64,000 nucleotides of DNA from Gemmatimonadota bacterium (GTDB taxonomy: Bacteria; Gemmatimonadota; Gemmatimonadetes; Gemmatimonadales; GWC2-71-9). Both the position numbers and the translations under genes were made by a program. The stretch covers positions 7,372-71,371 of the forward strand of contig QHUJ01000113.1 in NCBI GenBank assembly GCA_003221895.1. Reading direction: 5' to 3'. The notes under the pieces were generated by a model. That model searched no databases. It was not told the DNA's origin and worked only from the letters and a program-made list of their open reading frames with translations. This document shows, one piece after another, positions 1 through 10,167 of the stretch. Each line of letters begins with the position of its first letter. The stretch's first letter is position 1.

Positions 1-1035
1 GGCGGGGCAGTAAGGATTGACCAGCAATCCCGTCTCGCCGTCGCGTACCGCGTCGATCAGACCAGCCTCTCGTCCGGCCAGCACGGGGACGCCCGACGCG
101 GAGGCTTCCATCACAGCGATCCCGAAGCCCTCCACGAGCAAGTCGTAGCGCCGCGAAACGAGCGCGAACACGTCGGCAGTGTTGTAGAGCGCTGGAAGAT
201 CGTCCTCTGGGACGAATCCTAGAAACCGTACTGCGTCCCCAAGTCGCAGCTCGGCCACCAAGGTTTCGAGAAACGGTCGAGCCTCTCCAACCCCGGCGAT
301 CGCGTAGCGCACACTCGGGTGGACCGCCCGCACGGCTGGCAACGCCCGGATCACCGTATCGAACCCTTTGTGCCAGTCGAGGCGCGCGACCGTAAGGATC
401 CAGGGGCCTCCCTCGAGACCGTACGTGCGCCGGACCTCGGTGGTGGGGAGACCCGGTTGGAACTGCTCGGGATCGGTGCCCAGCGGAACCGTGCGCACGC
501 TGCCCGCCTGTCGTTCGAGCCCGAGGTCGGACAGGATTCGGCGCGTGTACTCTGCGGTCCACTGGCTGATGGCCACGAAGACTGACGCTCCCTCGAGCAG
601 CTGGCGGCCGGTCCAGTGTCTGAATCGGGAGCGTCGCAGCTTTTGGTCGAGGAGCAGCAATTCCGCGCCGTAGGTGAAGACGCCGTAGGGTATGCCGTAG
701 CGGGCGTGTAGCCAGCGGGCGGGATAGGCGGCCGGCTTCAGCTCCGCGCACCACGTGAATCGCGGACGGTGGCGACGCGCTAACCTGTCGGCGCGGATCG
801 TCCAGCGCACGAGTCCGTTCACCGTCCGGAGTCGCATCGCCTGAACGGGCACGCGGTCGGTCACCTGCAGAAAATCATCGTCACTCTCGGCACTGCCGGC
901 ATAGGTGCCGGTCGATACGAGCAGCGCATACGGGGGATACCGCCGGGCCAGCTCCCCCATCAGTCGGGCGATGCCCCCTTCGTGCGGCGGGAAGTTGAAG
1001 CCGAGGAGGAGGCTTGGTGACGGCTCCGCCGTCAC
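1..1035 (-). CDS. Glycosyltransferase family 4 (GT-B fold); C-terminus runs off the window edge
   Basis: Own reverse-strand translation; absent from the ORF track because the frame is open at position 1. It reads ...SRRYDLLVEGFGIAVMEASASGVPVLAGREAGLIDAVRDGETGLLVNP, the typical GT4 C-terminal motif. GTG start at 1035 overlaps the TGA of the upstream GT2 gene (GTGA). Confidence 0.75.
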   Translation of the reverse strand, partial: MTAEPSPSLLLGFNFPPHEGGIARLMGELARRYPPYALLVSTGTYAGSAESDDDFLQVTDRVPVQAMRLRTVNGLVRWTIRADRLARRHRPRFTWCAELKPAAYPARWLHARYGIPYGVFTYGAELLLLDQKLRRSRFRHWTGRQLLEGASVFVAISQWTAEYTRRILSDLGLERQAGSVRTVPLGTDPEQFQPGLPTTEVRRTYGLEGGPWILTVARLDWHKGFDTVIRALPAVRAVHPSVRYAIAGVGEARPFLETLVAELRLGDAVRFLGFVPEDDLPALYNTADVFALVSRRYDLLVEGFGIAVMEASASGVPVLAGREAGLIDAVRDGETGLLVNPYCPA

Positions 1036-1769
1036 TCTTGCTCCCAGAGAAACGCGTATTTGAGGAAGCCGCCGATCGCGCCCATCGCCGCCTGGATGAC
1101 TCCCATCCGGCCGTCCAAAAATCCGCCGCGCAAGAGGTACTCTCGCCAGAAATGAGCGGCTGGTCGCAACGCGATGTCGCTCCACCGCGCGCGCCGTCCC
1201 CGCGCCGCAAGCGCGCGCGCACTCGTCTGCGCGTAGGCGACGAGCTTTTCTACGTGATGGCTCAAGTCGCGGTACGGCGTGTGATCGAGCTGCTCGGTGA
1301 GTGTGCCCACGTCTCGGAGACCTTGAAGTCCGGGATGCACCGGGCTGCCGCCGTAGCGGAACTCGCGGCGGGCAAAGCGCACCACCCAATCGTTGCCCCA
1401 GTGGCCGCGCCGCACGACTCTGCCATGGAACGCGTTGCGGCGCTTTACGCGATAGGCTTCGTGCGTCGCGTGCGCACTTACTGTTATGAGTTCTTTCGCC
1501 AACGCAGGCCCAATCCGTTCATCGGCGTCCAGCGCGAAGACCCACCCGTGCCGGGCGACCGCGATCCCGCTGTTGCGCTGCTCGCCAATGCCGCGGGGAC
1601 CGTCCGTGACGACACGCGCGCCCGCAGCGCGCGCGAGCGCTACCGTGTCGTCCGTGGATCCGCCGTCGACAACGACGATGTCGGCGGTCCAGTCGAGGTG
1701 CCCGATACACGCGGCGATCTGGTCGGCCTCATTGCGTGTGGGAATGACGATGGTGATCGGTGCCAGCAC
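1032..1769 (-). CDS. Glycosyltransferase family 2
   Basis: ORF 1032..1865 contains ITIVIPTRNEADQIAACIGHLDWTADIVVVDGGSTDDT (GT2 Rossmann/DxD region). Preferred start is GTG at 1769, preceded by GGGGAGGAG. The longer ORF would overlap the upstream gene by more than 130 nt. Confidence 0.8.
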   Translation of the reverse strand: MLAPITIVIPTRNEADQIAACIGHLDWTADIVVVDGGSTDDTVALARAAGARVVTDGPRGIGEQRNSGIAVARHGWVFALDADERIGPALAKELITVSAHATHEAYRVKRRNAFHGRVVRRGHWGNDWVVRFARREFRYGGSPVHPGLQGLRDVGTLTEQLDHTPYRDLSHHVEKLVAYAQTSARALAARGRRARWSDIALRPAAHFWREYLLRGGFLDGRMGVIQAAMGAIGGFLKYAFLWEQE

Positions 1770-2874
1770 GCGCTCCTCCCCTGGTCCGGCGACGCTCCAT
1801 CGCTTCACGATAAACAGCTTCAGTGCGCTCGACCACGCGGTCGAGACAGTGCTCCCGCCGGACAAAATCGCGGGCTGCGCTGCCGGTCCCCGCCGCGAAC
1901 ACGGGATCGCCGAGCATGCGCTCGAGCGCGGCGGCCCACGCTCGCGGATCCAAAGGCGGAACGAGGAGTCCCGTTTCGCCCGAGCGAATCAGATCGGGGT
2001 TGCCGCCCGCCCGTGACGCCACCACCGGGAGGCCGAGGGCCATCCCCTCGAGCAGCGCGAGCGAGAGTCCCTCGATCCGGGAAGGCAGCGCGGCCACTGT
2101 CGCCAACCGATAGAACGCGAGCGGCTGGTCCGTGAACGGGACGTACACGACGCGATGGCGGGGCGGCACGCGGGCTCCCAGCGCGCGCAGCTGGGCGTCG
2201 GGCTCGATCCCCACACACGCCACGACGACGGGGCGGTCGACCGCCGTGAGCGCTTCGAGCAGGATGTGCTGGTCCTTGCGTCGCGCGAGGACGACGATGA
2301 CGGGACGTCCCGCGACGTCGCCTAACGCCTCCGCCGCACACGACATGGCCGCTGGACACGGCACCGCATCCACCCGCGCGAAATCAATGCCGTTGGGCAC
2401 CACGCGCAGGCGCGCGCCGGGATACAGGCGCCGACGCAGCCCGCGCGCCACCGCGTGACTCACCGCTATGGTCCGGTCGGCGGACATGCCGATGGCGATC
2501 AGCTCTGGAGGCGACGTGAGCGGCATGGTGTGACGGGTCACGACGAACGCCTGAGACAAGCGGTGTTGCCACCGCAGCCACGTGAGCGCTCGGCGGTCGC
2601 GCGTGTCATGGCTGTTGATGAGATCGATCCGCTCCCGCGCGATGACGCAGGCGAGCGCGTCCGCGGTTGGACGGAGCCGCCGAAAGTCGAGCGGAACGAC
2701 GGGCAGCCCCGCGTCGGTGCTCAACTCGGCGAGAAGACTGTCCGGTCGGCAACCCACCAACACCCTGTGACCACGCTCCACTAGCGGGGCGCACAGGCTG
2801 TGAATCATGAACGTGGAGCCGGCCTGGTGCCCCGCGTGCGTGACCTCGAGGATCGTAAGCGGACGTGCGGACAT
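1729..2874 (-). CDS. Glycosyltransferase family 4
   Basis: 381-aa ORF. The N-terminus LTILEVTHAGHQAGST is GT4 N-domain-like. The C-terminus has LPSRIEGLSLALLEGMALGLPVVASRAGGNPDLIRSGETGLLVPP. Confidence 0.85.
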   Translation of the reverse strand: MSARPLTILEVTHAGHQAGSTFMIHSLCAPLVERGHRVLVGCRPDSLLAELSTDAGLPVVPLDFRRLRPTADALACVIARERIDLINSHDTRDRRALTWLRWQHRLSQAFVVTRHTMPLTSPPELIAIGMSADRTIAVSHAVARGLRRRLYPGARLRVVPNGIDFARVDAVPCPAAMSCAAEALGDVAGRPVIVVLARRKDQHILLEALTAVDRPVVVACVGIEPDAQLRALGARVPPRHRVVYVPFTDQPLAFYRLATVAALPSRIEGLSLALLEGMALGLPVVASRAGGNPDLIRSGETGLLVPPLDPRAWAAALERMLGDPVFAAGTGSAARDFVRREHCLDRVVERTEAVYREAMERRRTRGGARAGTDHHRHSHTQ

Positions 2875-2934
2875 GGCGCGGGGTCCTTACCTGGTTGGTA
2901 AGGAGCGCACCAGCGACCGAAACGTGACAACCGT

Positions 2935-3663
2935 CTAGCGCACGTCGAAGGCGTAGCGCCCGGTGGGCTCCGCAGGGGCGGGCGCAGTGACTCGCGATCC
3001 GGCTTTCTCGAACAGCACTCGACCAGCAACCAGAATCCGGACATGGAGTGCGTTTCGGGGCACGACGATGTCGTAGCTCGCCGAGCTCCCGACGTTGTGA
3101 ACGACCACGCCACCCGGATGGACGCGATACGTCACAGCCGCGCTAGGATCGATCACCAGCTTGGCAGTATCGGCGAGCGACACGTAGACGGCCCCGGACG
3201 ATTGCGGGGCGTCGAAGCTGATATCCGCTTGCGGCCCCGGAATGAACGCAACGCCGACCTGGCCACCGCGCGCTGGGGAGGGCGCGGGGGGGGCGGAGGA
3301 CTCGGGGTGGACGACGGCGCGAATGCGCACGACCAGCGCGCGAACGTACGGACGTCCGACAGTCGCGCCCGCAACGGATGCGACGACGAGCGCCAGCGCG
3401 GCCGCGATGACGCCCCATCGCAGGCGGGGCGCGCGCGCCCGCGAAACGATCGTCTCGATACGGAGATCTGGTGCGGCAGTCGGGAGCAGCGCCAGCAACG
3501 CGGCCGTCTCCTGAGCGGCGGACTCGAGCGCTGCCACGCGCGCGCGACACGCCGCGCACGTGCGCGCGTGTTGCTCCACCTCGACGCGTTGCGCCGGAGG
3601 CAGTTCCCCGTCTAGCAGCGCCCGCAGATCCCCGTCAGCGGGATGTGCCGAAGAGCTCATGAT
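2935..3663 (-). CDS. Anti-sigma factor with zf-HC2 zinc-finger N-terminus and one TM segment
   Basis: Contains VEQHARTCAACRARVAALE (HxxxCxxC anti-sigma motif), followed by the hydrophobic segment WGVIAAALALVVASVAG. The ATG at 3663 (MSSSAHP) overlaps the 3' end of the upstream ECF sigma gene. Confidence 0.7.
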   Translation of the reverse strand: MMSSSAHPADGDLRALLDGELPPAQRVEVEQHARTCAACRARVAALESAAQETAALLALLPTAAPDLRIETIVSRARAPRLRWGVIAAALALVVASVAGATVGRPYVRALVVRIRAVVHPESSAPPAPSPARGGQVGVAFIPGPQADISFDAPQSSGAVYVSLADTAKLVIDPSAAVTYRVHPGGVVVHNVGSSASYDIVVPRNALHVRILVAGRVLFEKAGSRVTAPAPAEPTGRYAFDVR

Positions 3664-4153
3664 ATGCCTTGCGAAACGCCTCGCCGGCCCGCACAAGCAT
3701 GGTGCCGACGCTACTGCGAGTCAGCTCGAGAGCCGTGGCGATCTCCTGATACCGATATCCCTGGTGACGCAGCAGCAACAACTGGCGGTCCCGCAGCGAG
3801 AGCTTGTCGAGCGCCCGCCGGACGCTCTCGATCCGTTCCGCCGCAAGCGCCGGGTCGTCGGGCTGCGGCGCCGCACCGCCGAGCGGGAGATCGGTGCTCC
3901 ATGCGCTGGTCAACCGCCGGCGACGCACGACGCGGCGCTGGGCATCGCGCAGGAGATTGTTTGCCACCGTGACGAGCCACGCCCGCGGATCGTCCGGCAT
4001 GGCGCGGCGGCGATGCAGCTTCACGAAGCACTCCTGCACGATGTCCTCCGACAGCGCCGGGTCGCCGCTGACACCGTGGACGTACCGGTACAGCGAAGCC
4101 GATCGCTCTACGAACAGGGCGTGAAATGCATCATCGAACGACTCAGGACTCAT
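3635..4153 (-). CDS. ECF (group IV) RNA polymerase sigma-70 factor
   Basis: 172 aa. Region 2 reads LYRYVHGVSGDPALSEDIVQECFVKLHRRR. Region 4 reads LSLRDRQLLLLRHQGYRYQEIATALELTRSSVGTMLVRA. Confidence 0.9.
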   Translation of the reverse strand: MSPESFDDAFHALFVERSASLYRYVHGVSGDPALSEDIVQECFVKLHRRRAMPDDPRAWLVTVANNLLRDAQRRVVRRRRLTSAWSTDLPLGGAAPQPDDPALAAERIESVRRALDKLSLRDRQLLLLRHQGYRYQEIATALELTRSSVGTMLVRAGEAFRKAYHELFGTSR

Positions 4154-4198
4154 GGCCTGCGTGCAAAGGAGCGCGCGAGGGCTGTCCTTTGTGCCGAG

Positions 4199-6436
4199 CT
4201 AGCGCGCGAGATACCACCTCACCCGCAACGAGAGCGTGCGCGAGTAGAGGAAGACCGGGCGGGGACCGGTGGATGCCGCAACGGAAGCGAGCATGTTGTG
4301 GCGATTGAACAGATTCCCGACGGTCAGAGCACTGGTGAGCCGGGGCGCCCCGCTGCGCGACAATCCCCAGCTTTTGACGAACCCGAGATCGGCCCGCGCG
4401 TAGTTCGGGAGTCGGCCTCTGTTGGGCGACCCGGCGATGGTCTCAGGACTTCCCGAGAGCTCGCCCGTACCCAGCAGGCCGGACGACTCCAGCTGCATGT
4501 CATTCTGGAGCAGGGTCGTCCGACGTCCCGCTCCGGCCCAAAGACCGAGGCGCACGACCATGCTCCGCGGGAGACGGTAGGCCAAGCCCATCGCCAGTCG
4601 GGCACGAGCGTCTCCCGTCGGGTACCGAATCGGGCCGGCGGTTCGGTACGAGCTCAGGAGCCCGGCCTGGAGCCGCAGGTCGAATCGCTCGGCCGGATAG
4701 GTGAGCGTGGCATCTCCACCCGAGACCGTACCGCGTCCCGTGGGGATCACCGCATCTGCGAACGGGCCGTGCGTGGCGAGCGCCGTGAGGGCGAGGCCGG
4801 ATAGCCATCGCCTGTACACATCGAGCTGGAGCGTGGTGCGCCCACCGAGCCGCGCGCGGATCTCGCCGCTGAGCTGGTCGGATCGCGCTGGGCGAACCGC
4901 TTCTGAATTTGCAGCGATCGGAAAATCTGCACCGATCAACGCGTCCACCACGGATTCCTCGTTGCGAGCCGATTGCACGTACTGATGGACGCGCGCAAAC
5001 CCCAGCGCCAGGGATGTCGCACCTTCGGAGCCGAGCGAGACCCGCGTCCACAAGCGAGGTTCGGCGAGCAGACCCCACGTCGATGTGGCGCTCAACCGCA
5101 GCCCGGTGGATACCGTCCACGGACGGGCCGGCTGCCAGCCTTGTGACGCGAACGCCGCCGCGATGACTGGAGCGGCGTTCATCGTCAGGACCGAGCTGTC
5201 GCTGTGTTGCACATGGTAGGAGGTTGTGATATGCGAGAGACTGAAGCCTGCCTCCGTCTGCGGACCCGTGTACTCGGCTCCCGCGCCAATCTCGCGCAAG
5301 TTCGACGCGGCGGTCACTGGGCCCCAGATGGAACCCCCGTCGACCTCACTGTACCACGCGCGCGCCTGCACCTTTCGGTCGTCACCGACGGCGTCGGTCC
5401 AGACAACGCCTCCAAGCGACCCGTTTGCGGTGAACACGTTTTTGACTGAGGCAGGTGCGCCCGCATCCGACTCTGTGAGCTCCAGGCGCGCCGGAAACGC
5501 GAGTTGGTGTTTGCTGCCGAGGTAGTAGAAATCGACGGCACCGCCGGGGGCCGGCGCCGAAAGGTGCGCGAACGCATCGCCGAATCCGTTGCCGCTCTCA
5601 TCGGTTTCGTCCGCCTGGCTCCAGATGGTTCGGTAGGACTGCCGTCCACTCAGGAACAGCGTGGCGCCGCGCTGACCCAACGGCGTTCCCACAGCCTGCT
5701 CCACCGCGGTGGGGTCAGCGCTGCCCTCGGCGCTGCGGCGCCCGCCGATCTCGGGTTGCAGGACGATGAAACTCGAGAGCGCGTCACCGTAGCGCACGGG
5801 CGGGACCGTTGTATGGACGTCGACCGCCGTGACCGCGGTGCTCGGGAGCATTCCCACGACACCGCCGGGCGGGCGCGGTCCGCGCCACGGGAGTCCGTCG
5901 AGCAGAACCATGTTCTCGTCGCCGGAGCCGCCTCGCACACGAAACGACGTCGCCAACTCCTCTCGACCACCGACGAACGAGGCACCCGCCAGCCCCGCCA
6001 ACACATCGGCATCGCCGACGAGCGGATCACGTCGTGCCGCTACCCGCGTCAGGCTGAAGCGGCCAATCTCCGTGGGGTCCACCGGCGCCGCTGGCGGTGC
6101 GACATACTTCGGAACGACGGCCAGCGGCGTGAGTGCAATCGCCGCCGGGGCGAGATCTACGTCCACGTCGCCGCTGCCCGTTCCAGCCAAGACATCAACA
6201 GTCAAGGGCTCGAAGCCGATGCGCTCGAACAGCAGCGCGAGGCGTTTTCCCGGCAGGTGGTGGTGGAGCACGTAACGGCCGGTGGAATCGCTGAGAGCGA
6301 CCTCGGCGTGGCCGCGCATGCTCACTCGCACCCCGGGAATGCCTTCACCAGTCCCGGCAGCGCGCACGATTCCGTACAGCGAATCCGCCGGTGCCTGCAT
6401 GAGTGTCGTGACGGCAAGCAGCGCGAAAACCATCAA
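4199..6436 (-). CDS. Outer-membrane TonB-dependent-receptor-like protein with N-terminal carboxypeptidase-regulatory-like domain
   Basis: 745 aa with signal peptide [53 protein letters not shown] is CarboxypepD_reg-like. [19 protein letters not shown] is plug-like. The rest is long and beta-strand-rich. Confidence 0.7.
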   Translation of the reverse strand: MMVFALLAVTTLMQAPADSLYGIVRAAGTGEGIPGVRVSMRGHAEVALSDSTGRYVLHHHLPGKRLALLFERIGFEPLTVDVLAGTGSGDVDVDLAPAAIALTPLAVVPKYVAPPAAPVDPTEIGRFSLTRVAARRDPLVGDADVLAGLAGASFVGGREELATSFRVRGGSGDENMVLLDGLPWRGPRPPGGVVGMLPSTAVTAVDVHTTVPPVRYGDALSSFIVLQPEIGGRRSAEGSADPTAVEQAVGTPLGQRGATLFLSGRQSYRTIWSQADETDESGNGFGDAFAHLSAPAPGGAVDFYYLGSKHQLAFPARLELTESDAGAPASVKNVFTANGSLGGVVWTDAVGDDRKVQARAWYSEVDGGSIWGPVTAASNLREIGAGAEYTGPQTEAGFSLSHITTSYHVQHSDSSVLTMNAAPVIAAAFASQGWQPARPWTVSTGLRLSATSTWGLLAEPRLWTRVSLGSEGATSLALGFARVHQYVQSARNEESVVDALIGADFPIAANSEAVRPARSDQLSGEIRARLGGRTTLQLDVYRRWLSGLALTALATHGPFADAVIPTGRGTVSGGDATLTYPAERFDLRLQAGLLSSYRTAGPIRYPTGDARARLAMGLAYRLPRSMVVRLGLWAGAGRRTTLLQNDMQLESSGLLGTGELSGSPETIAGSPNRGRLPNYARADLGFVKSWGLSRSGAPRLTSALTVGNLFNRHNMLASVAASTGPRPVFLYSRTLSLRVRWYLAR

Positions 6437-6530
6437 TCACCGCCCCTTGTTTGCTGCGAGAGCGCGGGTTTCCACTCGACTATTACCCGCCCGTCGCGCG
6501 CTCGCAACGGGTAGCGTACCTTCTCCGCTC

Positions 6531-7181
6531 ATGGCGCGCGAGCCGTCACAGTTTCCTAACCTCACCGTGCTGTCGCATCCCCTGATTCAGCACAAGCTCA
6601 CGATCCTGCGCGACAAGCGGACCAGCACACGCGACTTCAAGCAGCTCGTGAACGAGATCGCGATGCTGATGGCGTACGAAGTGACCAAGGATCTGCCGCT
6701 CGAGCCCGTGGAGATCGAAACACCCCTCGAGAAAACGTCCGGAAGTCAGGTCGCCGGCAAGAAGCTCACGCTCGTACCCATCCTCCGCGCCGGGCTGGGT
6801 ATGGTCGATGGGATCTCGCAGCTGATCCCCTCGGCGCGCATTGGGCACATCGGCCTGTACCGGGACCACGCGACCCTCCAGCCCGTCGACTACTACTTCA
6901 AGATTCCCTCGGGTGAGGCGGATCGCGCCTTCTTCCTGCTCGATCCCATGCTGGCAACCGGAGGATCAGCAGTCGCGGCGGTCAACGCCCTCATCCGCGC
7001 CGGCGCCCAGAAGATCCGGTTTTTGTGCCTGGTTTCGGCCCCCGAAGGCGTACAGGCCATGCTCGACGCCCACCCGAAAGTCCCCATCTACACCGCCGCC
7101 CTCGATCGGCAGCTCGATGAACGGGGTTACATCCTGCCTGGCCTTGGAGATGCCGGCGACCGCCTGTTTGGCACCAGGTAA
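6531..7181 (+). CDS. upp: Uracil phosphoribosyltransferase
   Basis: From the ATG at 6531: [52 protein letters not shown]...ILRAGLGM...[16 protein letters not shown]...[16 protein letters not shown], a full-length Upp signature. The track ORF start at 6282 is an upstream extension. Confidence 0.95.
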   Translation: MAREPSQFPNLTVLSHPLIQHKLTILRDKRTSTRDFKQLVNEIAMLMAYEVTKDLPLEPVEIETPLEKTSGSQVAGKKLTLVPILRAGLGMVDGISQLIPSARIGHIGLYRDHATLQPVDYYFKIPSGEADRAFFLLDPMLATGGSAVAAVNALIRAGAQKIRFLCLVSAPEGVQAMLDAHPKVPIYTAALDRQLDERGYILPGLGDAGDRLFGTR

Positions 7182-7259
7182 GACACTCCCACGTAACCCT
7201 TTTGTCGTCCCCCGTGTCCCATCAGTAGTTACGAGCCCAGACCGTCACCTCGGAGCGCC

Positions 7260-7802
7260 GTGGACGAATCAACGCTGATTGCCCGCGTCCGCGCCGGGGA
7301 CAGCGCCGCAGAGCGCACACTGTATGACGCGCATGTGGACCGCGTGTACCGCCTGGCTTTCCGGCTCGCGGGCGACGACGCCCTCGCGCAGGATTTCACC
7401 CAGGAAACGTTCATCCGCGCGTTCGACCGGCTCGGCTCGTTCCGTGGAGAGGCCGCGTTCTCGACGTGGCTGCATACGATCACCACGACGGTCGTGCTGA
7501 ACGGGTTGCGAAAGGTGAAGCGGCTGCGGCAGCGGGAGACGGACATCGACGACGCGCAGGCCATCGGCGTCAGGAAACGTGAATCGGAGCCGGATTTGAA
7601 GATGCGATTGACGAAGGCCATCGACGAACTGCCGGAGGGTTACCGGACGGTGTTTGTGATGCATGACGTCGAGGGCTACACCCACGAAGAGATCGGCGCG
7701 GCATTGGGCGTCGAGACCGGGACTTCCAAGGCACAGCTGTCCCGCGCGCGGGCCAAGTTGCGCGTCGCGCTGGCAGACTTCGCAGGAGAATGGACGACAT
7801 GA
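7260..7802 (+). CDS. ECF RNA polymerase sigma factor
   Basis: 180 aa. Region 2 reads VYRLAFRLAGDDALAQDFTQETFIRAFDRLGSFRGEAAFSTWLHTI. Region 4 reads LPEGYRTVFVMHDVEGYTHEEIGAALGVETGTSKAQLSRAR. Confidence 0.9.
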   Translation: MDESTLIARVRAGDSAAERTLYDAHVDRVYRLAFRLAGDDALAQDFTQETFIRAFDRLGSFRGEAAFSTWLHTITTTVVLNGLRKVKRLRQRETDIDDAQAIGVRKRESEPDLKMRLTKAIDELPEGYRTVFVMHDVEGYTHEEIGAALGVETGTSKAQLSRARAKLRVALADFAGEWTT

Positions 7803-8455
7803 CGGACCAGCACGAAGACCCGAAGTTCGACGCGTGGCTGAAGGACGTGGCACGCACCACGTACCACGCCCCACGCACCACACCTCGCGAGGAGATGTGG
7901 GCTCGCATCGCCGCGGAACGTCAGCGGCGAGCCGGGCGCGTGATTGAGCTACGTCCGTGGATGCGCTGGGCGGTAGCCGCAGCTGCCGTGCTCGTGCTCG
8001 GCATCGGGATCGGCCGCTGGACGGTGCGACAGCAGCAGCAGCCGGCCGGCGGCGTCACTCCCGTCGCCACAAGCTCCGACTCCTCACGCGATTCGTCGCG
8101 TGATCTCGCCTACGAGGTCGCCGCGACGCAGTACCTCTCGCGCACGGAAGCGTTTCTCACGTCTTTCCGCGCCGACGCGCACACGTCGGCGAGCAGCGCC
8201 CGCTTTGCCACACAGGCGCGCGACCTCCTCACCACGACGCAGCTGATGCTCGATTCGCCGGCGGGCAGCGATCCACACCTGCGCGCGTTGCTTGAAGACC
8301 TCGAGCTGGTGCTCGTACAGATCTCGGAGCTCAATGGGGGAGCGCACGACACCGATCTCATTACGCAAGGCATGAACCAATCGAACGTGTTGCCCAAGCT
8401 GCGTTCGGCGATTCCCGCCGGGCCGGGACCGGTGCGCACACAAGGAGTTCTCTGA
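7799..8455 (+). CDS. Putative membrane-anchored anti-sigma factor (no zf-HC2 motif)
   Basis: ATGA start/stop overlap with the sigma gene. A cytoplasmic N-terminus is followed by a single TM segment (WAVAAAAVLVLGIGIGRW) and a periplasmic helical domain. The call rests on position and topology only. Confidence 0.5.
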   Translation: MTDQHEDPKFDAWLKDVARTTYHAPRTTPREEMWARIAAERQRRAGRVIELRPWMRWAVAAAAVLVLGIGIGRWTVRQQQQPAGGVTPVATSSDSSRDSSRDLAYEVAATQYLSRTEAFLTSFRADAHTSASSARFATQARDLLTTTQLMLDSPAGSDPHLRALLEDLELVLVQISELNGGAHDTDLITQGMNQSNVLPKLRSAIPAGPGPVRTQGVL

Positions 8456-10167
8456 TGTTGTCTTGCTTGTCGCTCTTGCTCGCCGTTACCACGACCATCC
8501 AGGCGACACCGGCACCAACGTCGGCACCGACCGCCCGCCTGCATCGCCGAGTGCATATCAGCGCGGTCGCGCCTCTCGCAGCCGCATCGGCAGACTTCCA
8601 GGCAGCCGCCATGGCGGTGGAAATGGCGCAACCCGATTTCGCGGTGATGAGCGCGCAGGCGCCGGATCTTGCCATGTCGGCGCAGGCGCTGCAGACCCCC
8701 GTGTATGCGCTCACCGGTTTGGCCGACCTCTCGGGGCTTTCCGGTTTGGCCGGCCTGGCGACGCTGGCGGACATCGGGGGACTCGACGACGATAAGCTCG
8801 AACCGAGTTGGCCGCAGGATGCTGCGCAGCAGCAACCGGATCCTGCTGACTCCGTGTATCGCGTCGCACGCCAGGCGTTGAATGGTCAGCAGTACAACCG
8901 CGCGGCAAGACTCTTCCGCACGCTGCGCGATCGCTACCCGCGCTCGTCCTACGTCGGAAACAGCTACTACTGGCAGGCCTTCGCCCTGTACCGGGTCGGG
9001 TCCGACTCTGCGCTGGACGCGGCAAGCGACGCCTTGCACATGCAGTCCATCCGATATCCCAAAGCCACCACCCGCCGCGATGCCGAGGTGCTGATGCGGC
9101 GGATCCAGGGCGCGCTCGCACGCAGTGGCGATGCCGACGCGGCCGCAAAACTCACGGCCGAGGCGGAGAGCCTGGCGCCGGACGCCGGCCCGGTCGTCGT
9201 AGTTGTGCCCGCGACGCCAGCCATCCCTCCCGTACCAGTCATCGTGGGCGCGCCCGGCGACGGATACCCCAGGCATAATGAATCATGCGACGACGACGAT
9301 GACATCAGAATCGCGGCGCTGAATGCCGTGCTGCAAATGGATCCTGACCGCGCAGTGCCTCTGCTGAAAACGGTACTCGCTCGTCGCGACGAAAAATCCG
9401 TCTGCCTGCGCCGGAAGGCCGTGTTCCTTGTCTCGCAGAAACGCACCGACGAGACGTCACGCATCCTGCTCGACGTCGTGCGCTCCGATCCGGATCGGGA
9501 AGTGCGCGAACAGGGAGTCTTCTGGCTCTCGCAGGTGCCGGGGGATGAAACAGTCTCCGCGCTGGATTCGATCCTGCGAGACCCGCGCACCGATTCCGAG
9601 ATTCAGGAGAAGGCGATCTTCGCGCTGTCACAGCACCGCAGTGCGCGGGCTGGCGCCATTCTGCGGGATTTCGCGATGCGGCGCGAGGCAAACGAGGACC
9701 TGCGCGCGAAGGCGATCTTCTGGATCGGGCAGACGCGCTCGCCGGAGAACCAGCAGTTTCTCAAAGACCTCTACGCCAAGGTGGATGACAGCGATCTCAA
9801 GGAAAAAGTCATCTTCTCGCTGGCACAAATGGGCGGCTCCGACAACTATCGCTTTTTGATGGACATCGCGCTGAACCAAAAAGAGGACATCGAGCTCCGG
9901 AAGAAAGCCCTGTTCTGGGCTGGTCAAGGCCGCAGCGTCGACATCCCCGACCTGGTGCGCTTGTACGACAGCATGAATGACCGCGAGATGAAAGAACAGC
10001 TCATCTTCGTCTACTCCCAGCGCCGCGAAGACGCCGCGCTCGACAAGCTATTCGCGATCGGCAAGAACGATCCCGACCGCGAGCTCCGCAAAAAAGCGAT
10101 TTTCTGGATCGGCCAGTCGCGTAGCCCGCGGGCGGCGCAATACCTCCAGGAGCTCATCAACCAATGA
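8455..10167 (+). CDS. Secreted HEAT-repeat protein (8 repeats with an [AVL][IVL]F[WAS][LIVA][SGA]Q core)
   Basis: Signal peptide MLSCLSLLLAVTTTIQA. Repeat cores seen: AVFLVSQ, GVFWLSQ, AIFALSQ, AIFWIGQ, VIFSLAQ, ALFWAGQ, LIFVYSQ, AIFWIGQ, about 32-33 aa apart, each preceded by D..(E/L)(V/L)R(E/K)(K/Q). TGATG start/stop overlap with the upstream gene. Confidence 0.8.
   Translation: MLSCLSLLLAVTTTIQATPAPTSAPTARLHRRVHISAVAPLAAASADFQAAAMAVEMAQPDFAVMSAQAPDLAMSAQALQTPVYALTGLADLSGLSGLAGLATLADIGGLDDDKLEPSWPQDAAQQQPDPADSVYRVARQALNGQQYNRAARLFRTLRDRYPRSSYVGNSYYWQAFALYRVGSDSALDAASDALHMQSIRYPKATTRRDAEVLMRRIQGALARSGDADAAAKLTAEAESLAPDAGPVVVVVPATPAIPPVPVIVGAPGDGYPRHNESCDDDDDIRIAALNAVLQMDPDRAVPLLKTVLARRDEKSVCLRRKAVFLVSQKRTDETSRILLDVVRSDPDREVREQGVFWLSQVPGDETVSALDSILRDPRTDSEIQEKAIFALSQHRSARAGAILRDFAMRREANEDLRAKAIFWIGQTRSPENQQFLKDLYAKVDDSDLKEKVIFSLAQMGGSDNYRFLMDIALNQKEDIELRKKALFWAGQGRSVDIPDLVRLYDSMNDREMKEQLIFVYSQRREDAALDKLFAIGKNDPDRELRKKAIFWIGQSRSPRAAQYLQELINQ

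Noticed and set aside
1014-2135. 373-aa plus-strand ORF across the glycosyltransferase cluster
   Set aside because: It is antisense to two ORFs with clear GT2/GT4 motifs. The sequence is Arg/Ala/Pro-rich with no motifs, which is the typical shadow ORF of a high-GC genome.
3560-4804. 414-aa plus-strand ORF
   Set aside because: It is antisense to the ECF sigma factor and the TBDR-like gene, both with recognisable motifs. Low-complexity R/A/G/P composition.
8110-9276. 388-aa minus-strand ORF
   Set aside because: It is antisense to the HEAT-repeat protein, whose regular repeat structure validates the plus strand. Composition is R/G/C-rich.
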